DNA of 64,000 bases from positions 186,001 through 250,000 of IMG/VR virus record IMGVR_UViG_3300005613_000001, one strand, 5' to 3'. The notes under the pieces are model-generated. The model made no database searches. It was given only the letters and a program-made list of their open reading frames with translations, and was not told the DNA's origin. This document shows positions 9,763-19,112 of the stretch, piece by piece; position 1 is the stretch's first letter; the number at the start of each line of letters is the position of its first letter. A program made the position numbers and the translations under genes.

Positions 9763-10953
9763 TTAATTCAACCAATATGTTACAAAATAACATTTCCCGT
9801 CTCTCTCACCAAGCAGGATAGGGTTGATATAATTCTTTTTTATCATAAACAAATCTAAAGCCATCTTAGCTTCCGCCTCATTAGAAAATTTGACACATTT
9901 CCCATCTTCATGAAAATACCAGCGACCTTGGGATTTTTCCGGCTGGTCCAACCCAGGAACTAAAAACCACAAAGCATCAAAAATAGGCTTCTTTCCCGCA
10001 TCAGGGAACGCCTCAATTAAATTAACCACCCGGCGCATATCTTCGGGCACATGTTGCGACAACACATGAAATGGATATGCTCTCGGCTGATATTCAAAAA
10101 ACGCATTGCCGCTCTTGGTTAGTTCAGGGAACAAATCATAGGGGGCGACAATTTTATAGACGGGCTTACCTGTATTTCGCACAAACAACTCAAAACCAAT
10201 CGCCTTGGCTAAAATCACAGCCGCATTTGTCATTGTAATACGATTAAAACCAAAATATTTCTCCTGTTTTATTTTAAAATCATGAAGATCAGACATGATT
10301 AGACTATAAAGATCTTTGCAACCCAATTCCAAATATCTCGCAGCTTTTCTTTCAGCGTATTCTATTTCATTTACATGAAGGGTATTAAAACGGATATATT
10401 GTTCAAGCGAATTGGGCAGAGCATGCCACAGTTCGTTCCCCCGCCTCCAAATTATTCTTAAATCTATAGATGTTGTTTTCTTTTGTTTGCGAAGATTATT
10501 ACGAGCGTGCTGTCCCAACAATCTTGCGTGCATTTGACAAGAGGCGGGAAGGGACAACTTCTTAAAGACATCCTTAGCCACTTTATTTCTGGCTGCGGAT
10601 TTTAGGATAGAGGGAACAACTTTGGTAAGATTCTTCTCTTTGGCAAATTTAGCAACTTCAAGAATTTCCAATACACACTCTGAGAAGTCGCTATCACTCT
10701 TGAACGCCCCACCGAAGACATTAGTAACTTCAGGGTGGTCTATATCTACAGCAAGAGCAAAAGAAACGATCTGTTTGCCAAGATCGCCAAGCGCAAATTC
10801 AATTAAATCAGAATCATAAGATTTAGGAAGGCTTTGTTTGTGTCCCCTTGGAAGGAAGCTTCTCAAAAGATTAGATTGTTTTGGAGGCAGTGTGGAACTA
10901 GACTCCAACCGTTGAGAAACTAATTTTATAATTTCCTGAGCTTCGTAGATCAT
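9763..10953 (-). CDS. Hypothetical protein
   Basis: 396-aa ORF; no family recognised. Confidence 0.6.
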   Translation of the reverse strand: MIYEAQEIIKLVSQRLESSSTLPPKQSNLLRSFLPRGHKQSLPKSYDSDLIEFALGDLGKQIVSFALAVDIDHPEVTNVFGGAFKSDSDFSECVLEILEVAKFAKEKNLTKVVPSILKSAARNKVAKDVFKKLSLPASCQMHARLLGQHARNNLRKQKKTTSIDLRIIWRRGNELWHALPNSLEQYIRFNTLHVNEIEYAERKAARYLELGCKDLYSLIMSDLHDFKIKQEKYFGFNRITMTNAAVILAKAIGFELFVRNTGKPVYKIVAPYDLFPELTKSGNAFFEYQPRAYPFHVLSQHVPEDMRRVVNLIEAFPDAGKKPIFDALWFLVPGLDQPEKSQGRWYFHEDGKCVKFSNEAEAKMALDLFMIKKNYINPILLGERDGKCYFVTYWLN

Positions 10954-10963
10954 CGGGGGCTCA

Positions 10964-11479
10964 TTATTTAATGGGCTCTAATTTGCAAATAATGCGATTG
11001 CCTTCAAACTTAGGTTTTAACACAACCTTGCCCACGTTGTCAACATATTCTATTACTTTTTCTACGACCTTAAAACCTTGATCTTTGTGCGCAAACTCTC
11101 TGCTTTTAAACATCACGTTCAATTGCAGGTGCTTGCCTTGCTCTAAGAATTTTAAAGCAGCCTTAGACTTGGTTTCAATGTCATGCTCAGCAATTTTGGG
11201 GCGGAGTCTAATTTGTTTTAGCTCCACGCCTTTTTGCTTCTTTTTATCTTTGTTCTTTGTAGATTGTTGGTACTTATATTTCCCATAATCCATTATAGAG
11301 CAAACAGGGGGGCGGGCATGAGGAGCAACCTCAACCAAATCTAATCCCTCTTCTTGCGCCATTTTTCTGGCTTTATAGGTAGGATAAACACCAATATTTA
11401 AGCCATCCTTAACAACCCGAACTGGAGAAATCCGTATTTTCTCGTTTACACGAACGAACTGATTCTTTTCTTTTTTCAT
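10964..11479 (-). CDS. infC: Translation initiation factor IF-3
   Basis: VNEKIR, GLDLVEVAP, PPVCSIMDYGKYKYQ, LKQIRLRPKIAEHDIETK, MFKSRE. Confidence 0.93.
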   Translation of the reverse strand: MKKEKNQFVRVNEKIRISPVRVVKDGLNIGVYPTYKARKMAQEEGLDLVEVAPHARPPVCSIMDYGKYKYQQSTKNKDKKKQKGVELKQIRLRPKIAEHDIETKSKAALKFLEQGKHLQLNVMFKSREFAHKDQGFKVVEKVIEYVDNVGKVVLKPKFEGNRIICKLEPIK

Positions 11480-12432
11480 TAGAATTCTGTTGTGTAACTC
11501 TTTTCGATTTTAATTAAAAATCCTTCCCCTTGAACTGGAAATCTTCTGACCCACTTTATCCCTTCGCCCACAGTACAGCCAAAGTCAATTTCACTAATAT
11601 TGCTTGGTGTCCAGCTAGGAATTACACTTGTCGCCAATGATCCATAAACTACAGAATCAACTGGTATATTACTTGGAAGAATCACTCGTTCGGCTTCTCT
11701 AAGTAGTTTAAATTCCATCCAATAACATCCAGGGAGACACGTATCTCTGGCTTCCCACTCATGAACCAAATATGTATCTGTTAATTCATCCCGAGTGGTA
11801 GAGCCATCAACATTCACCGTATCTTGCTTCACCAACTCAAAAGCGGCTGGTGAATTCAAAATCCTAAATACCCTCATAGTGGAGCCTCGGGGCCAAGCTA
11901 CAGCCCTAGTGCCATTATAAGCCCTCTGCACCTTGATTAACTTATTATTTTCATCAAACCCCGTGACAAGCATATGCTCTGGGAGACGGACACGATCCAT
12001 AATGATAATGTCATTTATCATTATTTGATTAAACCCAATATCATCAGCCAATCTAAAATAAGTCTCTTGATTGGTGATCGCAGTCTTGAGTTTAGCAATT
12101 GCCCACATATTTGTTTCCACAAGCATGCGGGGAACTGTAACAATCGCATCACATCCCTCTTCGGGACAATGCCAATAATCTGCGGTAAATCCATCTGGGA
12201 CTGTAAATTCATACCCACAAGTTGGGCAGGTATATACCTCAATTTCTAATTCTAGAGGGCCATTACAGTCTTCTACTGAAACTTTGAAGTCGGGTTGTGT
12301 ATCATGTCGCCTAATGGTGAAATCGGGGCATACATCATCTGAACAGCCGAAGCCATCGGGACAACTGCCCCTTGTCACGGGCGTATCTAAAGTTGAGCCA
12401 CATCCTGAGCCGAGTCTATTACAAATTGCCAT
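11479..12432 (-). CDS. Putative virion/baseplate protein (BppU-N-like start) with a zinc-ribbon insertion
   Basis: FTIRRHDTQPDFKVSVED resembles a BppU N-terminal start; CPTCG...CPEEGC insert; TATATA at 12440-12445. Confidence 0.4.
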   Translation of the reverse strand: MAICNRLGSGCGSTLDTPVTRGSCPDGFGCSDDVCPDFTIRRHDTQPDFKVSVEDCNGPLELEIEVYTCPTCGYEFTVPDGFTADYWHCPEEGCDAIVTVPRMLVETNMWAIAKLKTAITNQETYFRLADDIGFNQIMINDIIIMDRVRLPEHMLVTGFDENNKLIKVQRAYNGTRAVAWPRGSTMRVFRILNSPAAFELVKQDTVNVDGSTTRDELTDTYLVHEWEARDTCLPGCYWMEFKLLREAERVILPSNIPVDSVVYGSLATSVIPSWTPSNISEIDFGCTVGEGIKWVRRFPVQGEGFLIKIEKSYTTEF

Positions 12433-12438
12433 GATACT

Positions 12439-13017
12439 TTATATACGCTCAATAGGATCAAATATGCTCAAATCATCCCTAAGATGTGTATTCCAATTAT
12501 CCATCCAGCTTAAATCACCCTGAAATTCTACAAGCGATACGGAACCCTTTTTGGCTATCTCATCAGTCTCAGACATATTCTGGTCTACACACATAGAGCC
12601 GGAATCATGATGCTTGGAATCACTATAATAAATTACCCTTTTAATCCCACTTGTGACAATTTCAAGCATACAAGGAGGACACGGCTTTCCTGTGACATAT
12701 ATGGTGGCTCCATCCAGAAGCTCTTCTTTTGAGTGGTTAATAGCATTCCGCTCTGCATGATTTGTGTAAGGATACTTCCTCATATACACAACACCATCAA
12801 TCACCAAATCCTCTCTACCCCAATGAATTGCATTGTCGTCAATTTGATGAGGCGGGCCATTATACCCCATGCCCAGAGGCTTATTATCATGAGTCACAAT
12901 AATAGCACCATGTTGTGTCTTGGGGTCTTTAGAAAAGGCAGACATTAGAAATGCCAGCCCCATATACTTTTCGTGACGAGAGGGAACTGCCCGAGGGGGG
13001 ACTAAATCACTCATCAT
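12439..13017 (-). CDS. dCMP deaminase (ComEB-like)
   Basis: SKDPKTQHGA, GYNG, HAERNAI, PCPPC zinc motifs. Confidence 0.88.
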   Translation of the reverse strand: MMSDLVPPRAVPSRHEKYMGLAFLMSAFSKDPKTQHGAIIVTHDNKPLGMGYNGPPHQIDDNAIHWGREDLVIDGVVYMRKYPYTNHAERNAINHSKEELLDGATIYVTGKPCPPCMLEIVTSGIKRVIYYSDSKHHDSGSMCVDQNMSETDEIAKKGSVSLVEFQGDLSWMDNWNTHLRDDLSIFDPIERI

Positions 13018-13288
13018 CCACCATTTGCTCTGCGTTGTACTTGCCGGTTAATGGGTTAAAAATACCCAAACGTACCATCTCTGCCTCGTCATCAGTGATA
13101 ACCTTAATGTATCCCCTGTTCAGCAAATCGATTACTTCTTCCAAACACTTTTCTAATCCCTGTGATGGGTCACGATCATACACATTCTTCGCGGCCCGCC
13201 TCAAAATTAACATCAAAATCTCATGACTTAGTTCATCCTGCTCAGCAAGCTCATCCACAGTCATACTAGGTTTGGTAGGATAATACAT
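13007..13288 (-). CDS. Hypothetical protein
   Basis: ORF in operon. Confidence 0.55.
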   Translation of the reverse strand: MYYPTKPSMTVDELAEQDELSHEILMLILRRAAKNVYDRDPSQGLEKCLEEVIDLLNRGYIKVITDDEAEMVRLGIFNPLTGKYNAEQMVDDE

Positions 13289-13291
13289 TTT

Positions 13292-13810
13292 TTACCTTAT
13301 TAGAATTTCTGAAAGTTTAAATTTATCCACGCTTTTTACCGCAGTAATTACCACTTTACTCTCAACGATTACCCTCGCTGGCCCTTTTGTTAGGTGAGAT
13401 AAATGAAAAGGAACTTTATCATCTCCATACTTAGAACCAGGAAGTTTCAATAACTGGGAACCTCTAAACCAAACACCAAATCTCCTCAAACACCTACGAA
13501 TCGCTATGTCTTGGTAATGATCCGCGTCTTGAGTTTGCTTTCTATAATCCGTGCCTGATTCCATGTCCTGTTTATTAAATTCACACACGTCACCATAGTT
13601 TTTAACAAGTTCTTTAAATAAAGTCAAGTTGTTTCTAAAGAACGACCAGTAAGAGTCCTCATATAGTTGCATCCCTAAATCCCAAGAGTATAGACTCTTC
13701 CCAATCTTAAAGGCCCAATACCAATTGCCTTCGCCAACTTTCTTATTCAGATATCTTTTAAATCTGTCTCTATTTTTCCCCAATGGAGGAACAGGCACCG
13801 TTTCTAACAT
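13292..13810 (-). CDS. Hypothetical protein
   Basis: 172-aa ORF with an ESGxDYxKQ...HxQDIAIRR block; function unknown. Confidence 0.6.
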   Translation of the reverse strand: MLETVPVPPLGKNRDRFKRYLNKKVGEGNWYWAFKIGKSLYSWDLGMQLYEDSYWSFFRNNLTLFKELVKNYGDVCEFNKQDMESGTDYRKQTQDADHYQDIAIRRCLRRFGVWFRGSQLLKLPGSKYGDDKVPFHLSHLTKGPARVIVESKVVITAVKSVDKFKLSEILIR

Positions 13811-14190
13811 TATGCAACATGAGCTTGAATATAATCTAACTCATATTTATTAACATCAGCATACGTTTCTTTGAAATTTGTTAATAATTCTGCCTGGGTT
13901 TCTGTCAGATATGTCTCTAAAATTGGGGCGGGCATGGGAACAGCAGTCTTCCAAAATCTGCCTAAACTTAGCTCATAAGAGATAGGTATGAAGCCCAAAG
14001 CTAAGTAATCTACACATCTCACACATAAACAATCATTAGAAACATCATAAGCATATCCGCCCAATGGAATACACTTTTTACACGGAATTCTTGTTAATGT
14101 GTTCTGCTTGTCTTGCTTGTGAATAGCAACGGCCAATACATAGGTTGCATCCAAAGCACGTACTTCAAGATGTTCTAGAATGTCTCGCAT
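13810..14190 (-). CDS. Hypothetical protein
   Basis: 1-nt overlap coupling to the downstream gene. Confidence 0.5.
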   Translation of the reverse strand: MRDILEHLEVRALDATYVLAVAIHKQDKQNTLTRIPCKKCIPLGGYAYDVSNDCLCVRCVDYLALGFIPISYELSLGRFWKTAVPMPAPILETYLTETQAELLTNFKETYADVNKYELDYIQAHVA

Positions 14191-14227
14191 TGACCTAATA
14201 TAACAAAATTAAAAGGAGGCGGCAAGT

Positions 14228-15166
14228 TTATATCAGGCTCCTCACAGCCAAATCTAACTCCATAGCACGATTTTTTAATTTATCGTTATTTTGAACAAAT
14301 TGCAGGACTTTCGGCCAATATTTTTTAACGGTAGGTCCAAACTTAAAAGAGAATTGAGCAAAATGCCTGTTGCTTTTAGCAAGGTATTTAACACCCTTCC
14401 CTATAGCGTCTCCAATTTCGGGAATCATTGAAATAATAGACATGGCAGCCAAGAAGTATTTCCACTGCTTTTCTCTTCCCTTAGATTTCTCTGCCTCTGC
14501 CATATACCAAGCTGCATTGGCAAAATCAGCGCCTTCGCCCAAACCAGGAATCAATCCAACAGCATCTAATCCCATATGCCCTAATTCAGCAGCACCCTCC
14601 CGCCTCAATTTCCATTCTTTGAATTTGGGTGGTATATTGGGCGGCTGTACTTTCGGAGGCTCAAAAGGAGGCGGGGGCGGCAATTCATTGATTTCATCTT
14701 CTTCGCCGGGCTCTTCTTCAGGGGGAGTTAGCTCTTGTTCCTCGTCGCCCACTTCAAGATCTCTGAAATCGTCTTCTTCCTCGCCCTCATCTTCTTCCGG
14801 GTTGAATTCTAAATCTTCGGGCTTGGGCTTATCTTCATCGTCTTCTTCATCATCCCAAAAGCCATCCAAATCCCGTTTTAGCTTATCTACAGCCTCTAGC
14901 CATTTATCTACTTCTTTATTAACCGGGGGCTGGGTTTTGCCCTCTTCCAACGCCTCTTTTATTTTCTTTTTCTTCTTTTTAGACTTCTTCTTCTTCTTCT
15001 TTTTCTTCTTTTTGTATTCAACTTCACGCGGATCGGCAGTTGATCTTGAGAAGATAGCTTGAGGAGCCATATCGGGACCAAGACCCAGAAGCCACATATG
15101 GCGGGATCTTGTAAAGGCGCTTGATTCTTGACTATCTAAGAATTCTTTGAATCGCAATGGTTCCAT
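14228..15166 (-). CDS. Low-complexity protein with a C-terminal pre-toxin TG (PT-TG)-like domain
   Basis: GLDAVGLIPGLGEGADFANAAWY...LAAMSIISMIPEIGD matches the PT-TG pattern; poly-K, acidic and Pro tracts; TAAATA box at 15173-15178. Confidence 0.6.
   Translation of the reverse strand: MEPLRFKEFLDSQESSAFTRSRHMWLLGLGPDMAPQAIFSRSTADPREVEYKKKKKKKKKKSKKKKKKIKEALEEGKTQPPVNKEVDKWLEAVDKLKRDLDGFWDDEEDDEDKPKPEDLEFNPEEDEGEEEDDFRDLEVGDEEQELTPPEEEPGEEDEINELPPPPPFEPPKVQPPNIPPKFKEWKLRREGAAELGHMGLDAVGLIPGLGEGADFANAAWYMAEAEKSKGREKQWKYFLAAMSIISMIPEIGDAIGKGVKYLAKSNRHFAQFSFKFGPTVKKYWPKVLQFVQNNDKLKNRAMELDLAVRSLI
14963..15013 (-). repeat. AAG/AAA codon run encoding K10-S-K6
   Basis: Read directly from the sequence. 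Confidence 0.9.
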
Positions 15167-15182
15167 GAAAGTTATTTAGGAT

Positions 15183-15488
15183 TCAAACTTTAAATTTACC
15201 CATTTGTATTAACTCTAGGGTAGTTAAATCCATTGTCTTCCTAGCTAGGAACTCTGCGGTTATCAATTTATCGTACCGACTCCGCAAGCCTCGCAACCAT
15301 CTTTTGCTACAAACACAGCCTGTATGTTCTACAAAACGGTCAGTCGTACCGAACTCTAGATAATACCGCAGGAACAACTCCTGAACCTCAGTATCAAAGT
15401 ATTTGAGGAGATATTGCTTATCCTTCGGGAGAACACAATCGAAGAATTTCCCTGATACTAATTTCAAATCACTCAATTCTATCCTCAC
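15183..15488 (-). CDS. Hypothetical protein
   Basis: 101-aa ORF. Confidence 0.55.
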   Translation of the reverse strand: MRIELSDLKLVSGKFFDCVLPKDKQYLLKYFDTEVQELFLRYYLEFGTTDRFVEHTGCVCSKRWLRGLRSRYDKLITAEFLARKTMDLTTLELIQMGKFKV

Positions 15489-15831
15489 AATACTGAAAAT
15501 GTAGCATCATGATGCCAGGCGCAAATGGTTTTGGAATGTATAGTTGGGCACACCTATTCATAATGCTGATTATTGTCTCCGTAGATTTGGGCAATCTATC
15601 ACGTTTAGAAGAGCGTCTTTTATCCACAAAACCATCAGGAATCAGAGAATGCACAGATTCAACCGCCTCAATTAACGGTGTATCAAGCACTGTATTTAAA
15701 TTTTCATCGGTTAGAAGCTGCTCTTGTGGAATGCGGCCTTCAAAAAAAAGCTCCATTGATTCGGAGGCAAATTTCTTTTTTTCTTCTCGGGTTAAACCTT
15801 CAACGGCTTCATCAAATTCTTCTTCCCACAT
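15469..15831 (-). CDS. Hypothetical protein
   Basis: 120-aa ORF overlapping the next gene. Confidence 0.55.
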   Translation of the reverse strand: MWEEEFDEAVEGLTREEKKKFASESMELFFEGRIPQEQLLTDENLNTVLDTPLIEAVESVHSLIPDGFVDKRRSSKRDRLPKSTETIISIMNRCAQLYIPKPFAPGIMMLHFQYCEDRIE

Positions 15832-15931
15832 AGTTAAATCCTTTATTTAATAGGTTGGATATAAATTAATATAGCCAAATAAAATGGATGAGTCAACCGA
15901 TATATAGGAATAGACATCCAAGGAGGAGAAT

Positions 15932-16435
15932 ATGAAGTATTTAATCCCACTTATTTTAGCAGGAATCTTCATTCTTCCAGGTTGCGGCAATTTATCTCCG
16001 CGTGGTGAGATTGATAATCGCCTTGATAACACCGAAGGAGAGATTGGCAGTTTGCAACAAGAGTTGAAAAACTTGCAGAATTCAATCAACGCAGAGATAG
16101 GCAATATACGCACCAACGCAGAAAAAATAGATAACATGCAGACGGGAATCCTGAATTTAAACAGAGAGAACTCTGGAATTCAGATTCTCCAAGGCGACGG
16201 ACCTCTAGTGGTGGTCTTTGCTCTGGGTGTGATATTCCTGATGCTCGCTTTCTATTACCGAGAAAAAAGCAAGAAAAGCGAGAAGGTTGCGGATATTTTG
16301 GCCGAAGAGGTTGTTAGAGAAAACAACGCAGACCTAGAAGATGAGGTATTCAGAGCAGCAATTCACGGGGGCGTGGAAAAAGAAGTCTTGAAAATGATTG
16401 TTAGAAAACAGAAGAAATACGGAATTACCAAATAA
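15932..16435 (+). CDS. Lipoprotein with a coiled coil and a second TM helix
   Basis: AGGAGG RBS; lipobox ILPG-C; heptad region; hydrophobic PLVVVFALGVIFLMLAFYY. Confidence 0.6.
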   Translation: MKYLIPLILAGIFILPGCGNLSPRGEIDNRLDNTEGEIGSLQQELKNLQNSINAEIGNIRTNAEKIDNMQTGILNLNRENSGIQILQGDGPLVVVFALGVIFLMLAFYYREKSKKSEKVADILAEEVVRENNADLEDEVFRAAIHGGVEKEVLKMIVRKQKKYGITK

Positions 16436-16625
16436 ACTCACTATTTCTGATGAAACCTAACCAGTAGAGCTTCTCGTCTTCGCGCACGACACAAACTCTC
16501 TCCCCTACTTGGGGTGAGAGTTTGCTATTTTCTACAGGATACGCCCACTCACCAATATCTAATTTAACGGCTCTCATACCCAATGGGTCATCTTGTACTA
16601 CTTCATGGACTTCAACACCGTTCAC
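16425..16625 (-). CDS. Hypothetical protein
   Basis: 4-nt overlap with the upstream gene. Confidence 0.5.
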   Translation of the reverse strand: MNGVEVHEVVQDDPLGMRAVKLDIGEWAYPVENSKLSPQVGERVCVVREDEKLYWLGFIRNSEFIW

Positions 16626-16897
16626 ACATCATATCCCTGTAAAACGTTTTTTAAAGTCAAGTAGCCAGTGCAGTTGTTGCCAATAGGAATGCCCTGTTTC
16701 TCAGGGTCTTTGCCTTTATCTCTCAATTTAAGCACTGCGTCTACTTCCACATCAATATCAGCCTTTTTATGAGATTTCTTCAGGCAGTAAAACTTAGAAT
16801 AATCGTGATCGTCTTCTGCCAAATAGCGACATCTAAGATGACCTCCATACGGAAGGCAATGTCGTTCTAGGTGTTTTTTAGATAGCATTCTTACCAA
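16622..16897 (-). CDS. Hypothetical Cys-containing protein
   Basis: ORF in operon after def. Confidence 0.55.
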   Translation of the reverse strand: MVRMLSKKHLERHCLPYGGHLRCRYLAEDDHDYSKFYCLKKSHKKADIDVEVDAVLKLRDKGKDPEKQGIPIGNNCTGYLTLKNVLQGYDV

Positions 16898-17451
16898 ACC
16901 TCAATTTCTGTACCTATATCCGAGACTAAAATACCCGACGAACTGTGGTCAATTTCATGCTGAAACACAATAGTTGCAGGGTTTCCAACCACGAAATTCA
17001 CATCTTCAATATTTAGCTCATCATCAGCTATTAATTTTTGCCCTGTCACTCTTACTTCAACGAATCTTTCCACTAAAAACTGGCGAAATTCACCGGCTTC
17101 GTTCAATAAAGACAAACAGCCCTCTACAGAGTCCTGTTTCTTGTCCTCTGTGGGGCCGTACACACAATTTAAATAATAATCAAACTTAGGGGCGGCTACG
17201 AGTGCGGCTGCGTTAGGAGGCGGCTCAAAGACATTTCTTTTTATTATAAAGAGGTTCCACGGAATACCCACCTGAACCGCTGATACGCCCGCCCCTTTAT
17301 TTTTCTTACAAACCTCTTCCATTTGGAGACATACTTTGTATATCTCCATGAGATTATCAGGAATTGCCGCCTCGGCTAGCGGGATTTGGTCTATTGGGAC
17401 AACTTCCATTAAAACTTGCTGGCAATGGCATTTACTCTTACTTCCAGCCAT
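16891..17451 (-). CDS. def: Peptide deformylase
   Basis: GAGVSAVQVG, EGCLS and QHEIDH motifs. Confidence 0.88.
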   Translation of the reverse strand: MAGSKSKCHCQQVLMEVVPIDQIPLAEAAIPDNLMEIYKVCLQMEEVCKKNKGAGVSAVQVGIPWNLFIIKRNVFEPPPNAAALVAAPKFDYYLNCVYGPTEDKKQDSVEGCLSLLNEAGEFRQFLVERFVEVRVTGQKLIADDELNIEDVNFVVGNPATIVFQHEIDHSSSGILVSDIGTEIEVW

Positions 17452-17684
17452 CTCCTTAATTCGGCAGGATCAGCTTGCACGCTCTTAGGAATTTGCAAAA
17501 CGATATTTGAATATTCATTGCTTTTCTCTACGACCGTCAACTGGTCCTTGTCTACAAGATATTTTTGAATTGTATCCCTAACCAATTTAGAAACGGAAAT
17601 CCCGTCTTCCTTGGCAATCCTCTTTAATTTCTCCTGCAATTCAGGTTCAATTGACAAACTCATAATGGTATGTTTCTTGGACAT
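17409..17684 (-). CDS. CopG/ribbon-helix-helix DNA-binding protein
   Basis: TIMSLSIEPELQEKLKRIAKEDGISVSKLVRDTI. Confidence 0.65.
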   Translation of the reverse strand: MSKKHTIMSLSIEPELQEKLKRIAKEDGISVSKLVRDTIQKYLVDKDQLTVVEKSNEYSNIVLQIPKSVQADPAELRRWLEVRVNAIASKF

Positions 17685-17689
17685 ATCGT

Positions 17690-17932
17690 TTACCTTAAAT
17701 CTTTCATCTTGGCTTTTTGTTTAGCTTTTTCTCTTTCACTCTCTTTGCGTTTCCTTCTTCGCTTTTCACCCTTACTTTCGAAGAACTCACGCCTCTTATA
17801 TTCTGCAAGAATCCCTGTTTCATTCACTTGCCTTTTAAATAAGTTAAACAAATATTTAAATGACTTTTCTTGTTCATCCTTCCCTCTAGGGTTCTCCCTT
17901 AATTGAACCCTAACTCGGGCATGTTGTGACAT
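17690..17932 (-). CDS. rpsU: 30S ribosomal protein bS21
   Basis: FKRQVNETGILAEYKRREFFESKGEKRRRKRKES. Confidence 0.85.
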   Translation of the reverse strand: MSQHARVRVQLRENPRGKDEQEKSFKYLFNLFKRQVNETGILAEYKRREFFESKGEKRRRKRKESEREKAKQKAKMKDLR

Positions 17933-17975
17933 ATCAAGCTCCTTTAAGCGTTTTCACACCTTATAAACGCTTTGT

Positions 17976-19112
17976 TTAATCTTGTTCAACTTTTATAAAC
18001 TTCAATCCTAATCGTTTCGCTTCGCGTTTCCTTACCTTCTTATAGGGGACTCTCTCAGTTATTTCTGAACCCGTTGGTAAGGCATCTCTGTCTATTGTGG
18101 GCAAAAAAGTATTTAACCTCGCAATCACAGAATCAAAAATATTAACGTTCCACAGGGCTGGATTACCCGCCTCTAATATAGTAGTAAAAGAGAAAATATA
18201 TTGCCGTGGCAAGTCATCGTCACAGCAAAGGTCATCCAACTCATATTCTTTGGTTTTAATATACTTATTTCTCTCATTTAATGCAAGAAAAGGAGCCCTT
18301 GCAGCAATAGCAATTCTTGAAAATCCAGAGAAGAAATCCAGAACACAATCCACAGATCGCATCGTACAGGCGATTTTTGACAAATCATGATCAGCCACAT
18401 ATAAACATTGCTGGGCAAAGCGAGATGACAGATCATATGTAGAGTAGTTTTGAACTATAACAGGCACATAGCCTTCTTTGATAAGCCTCTCAATTAAAGC
18501 TACCCAAAAATCTTCTTTGATTGGTGAGGATGTAGGATGCTCTCGCCAAGAATTAGCCACAGTTGTTGGACACACCAATATTTTATATCCAACCCTATTG
18601 GTCATCTTTTTATTGAATTCCGTACCTAAAGAACTAGATGATTGGACCATAGGCAAGAATCGCTCAACATGTCCAAAATTATTTTTAAATTCGTCTGTCA
18701 AACCGCACTCATAATATTCCTTAAATTGCCCAACATCTATTACATCATCAAAAAACTGATTAAGCTTCCTAACATAGACGACCGCCATATCAGCGTTATT
18801 GTCAAACCCTACAGCCGAAGAGTAAAAATGATTTACATTAGGATCAGAAATAGACCAATACTCATCCACATAAGGAAATAAAAATCGATGTCCAGGCCAA
18901 GAACATAAAACAAAGTAACGAGAACCCTTCTTTTCTTCACGGTATCGTTTTAACAACAAAGAAGATAATACAAAAGATGTTTTCAAATCCCCAAAGAACG
19001 GTAGAACCGTAATATTAGAGGGTATTGTGGGGATGTTGTCCTCTTGGAAGGTTTCTCTAACAAAACCACATTTATCAGCCGCTCTCTTTAAAAATTCAGG
19101 TACTTCAATCAT
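17976..19112 (-). CDS. GT9 (heptosyltransferase)-like GT-B glycosyltransferase
   Basis: FWVALIERLIKEGYVPVIV and DCVLDFFSGFSRIAIAARAPFL resemble the GT9 C-terminal lobe. Confidence 0.5.
   Translation of the reverse strand: MIEVPEFLKRAADKCGFVRETFQEDNIPTIPSNITVLPFFGDLKTSFVLSSLLLKRYREEKKGSRYFVLCSWPGHRFLFPYVDEYWSISDPNVNHFYSSAVGFDNNADMAVVYVRKLNQFFDDVIDVGQFKEYYECGLTDEFKNNFGHVERFLPMVQSSSSLGTEFNKKMTNRVGYKILVCPTTVANSWREHPTSSPIKEDFWVALIERLIKEGYVPVIVQNYSTYDLSSRFAQQCLYVADHDLSKIACTMRSVDCVLDFFSGFSRIAIAARAPFLALNERNKYIKTKEYELDDLCCDDDLPRQYIFSFTTILEAGNPALWNVNIFDSVIARLNTFLPTIDRDALPTGSEITERVPYKKVRKREAKRLGLKFIKVEQD

Noticed and set aside
14370-15062. 230-aa plus-strand Ser-rich ORF (also 41658-42035, 58443-59045 and similar)
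   Set aside because: Antisense shadows of acidic or low-complexity real genes; no RBS or recognisable motifs
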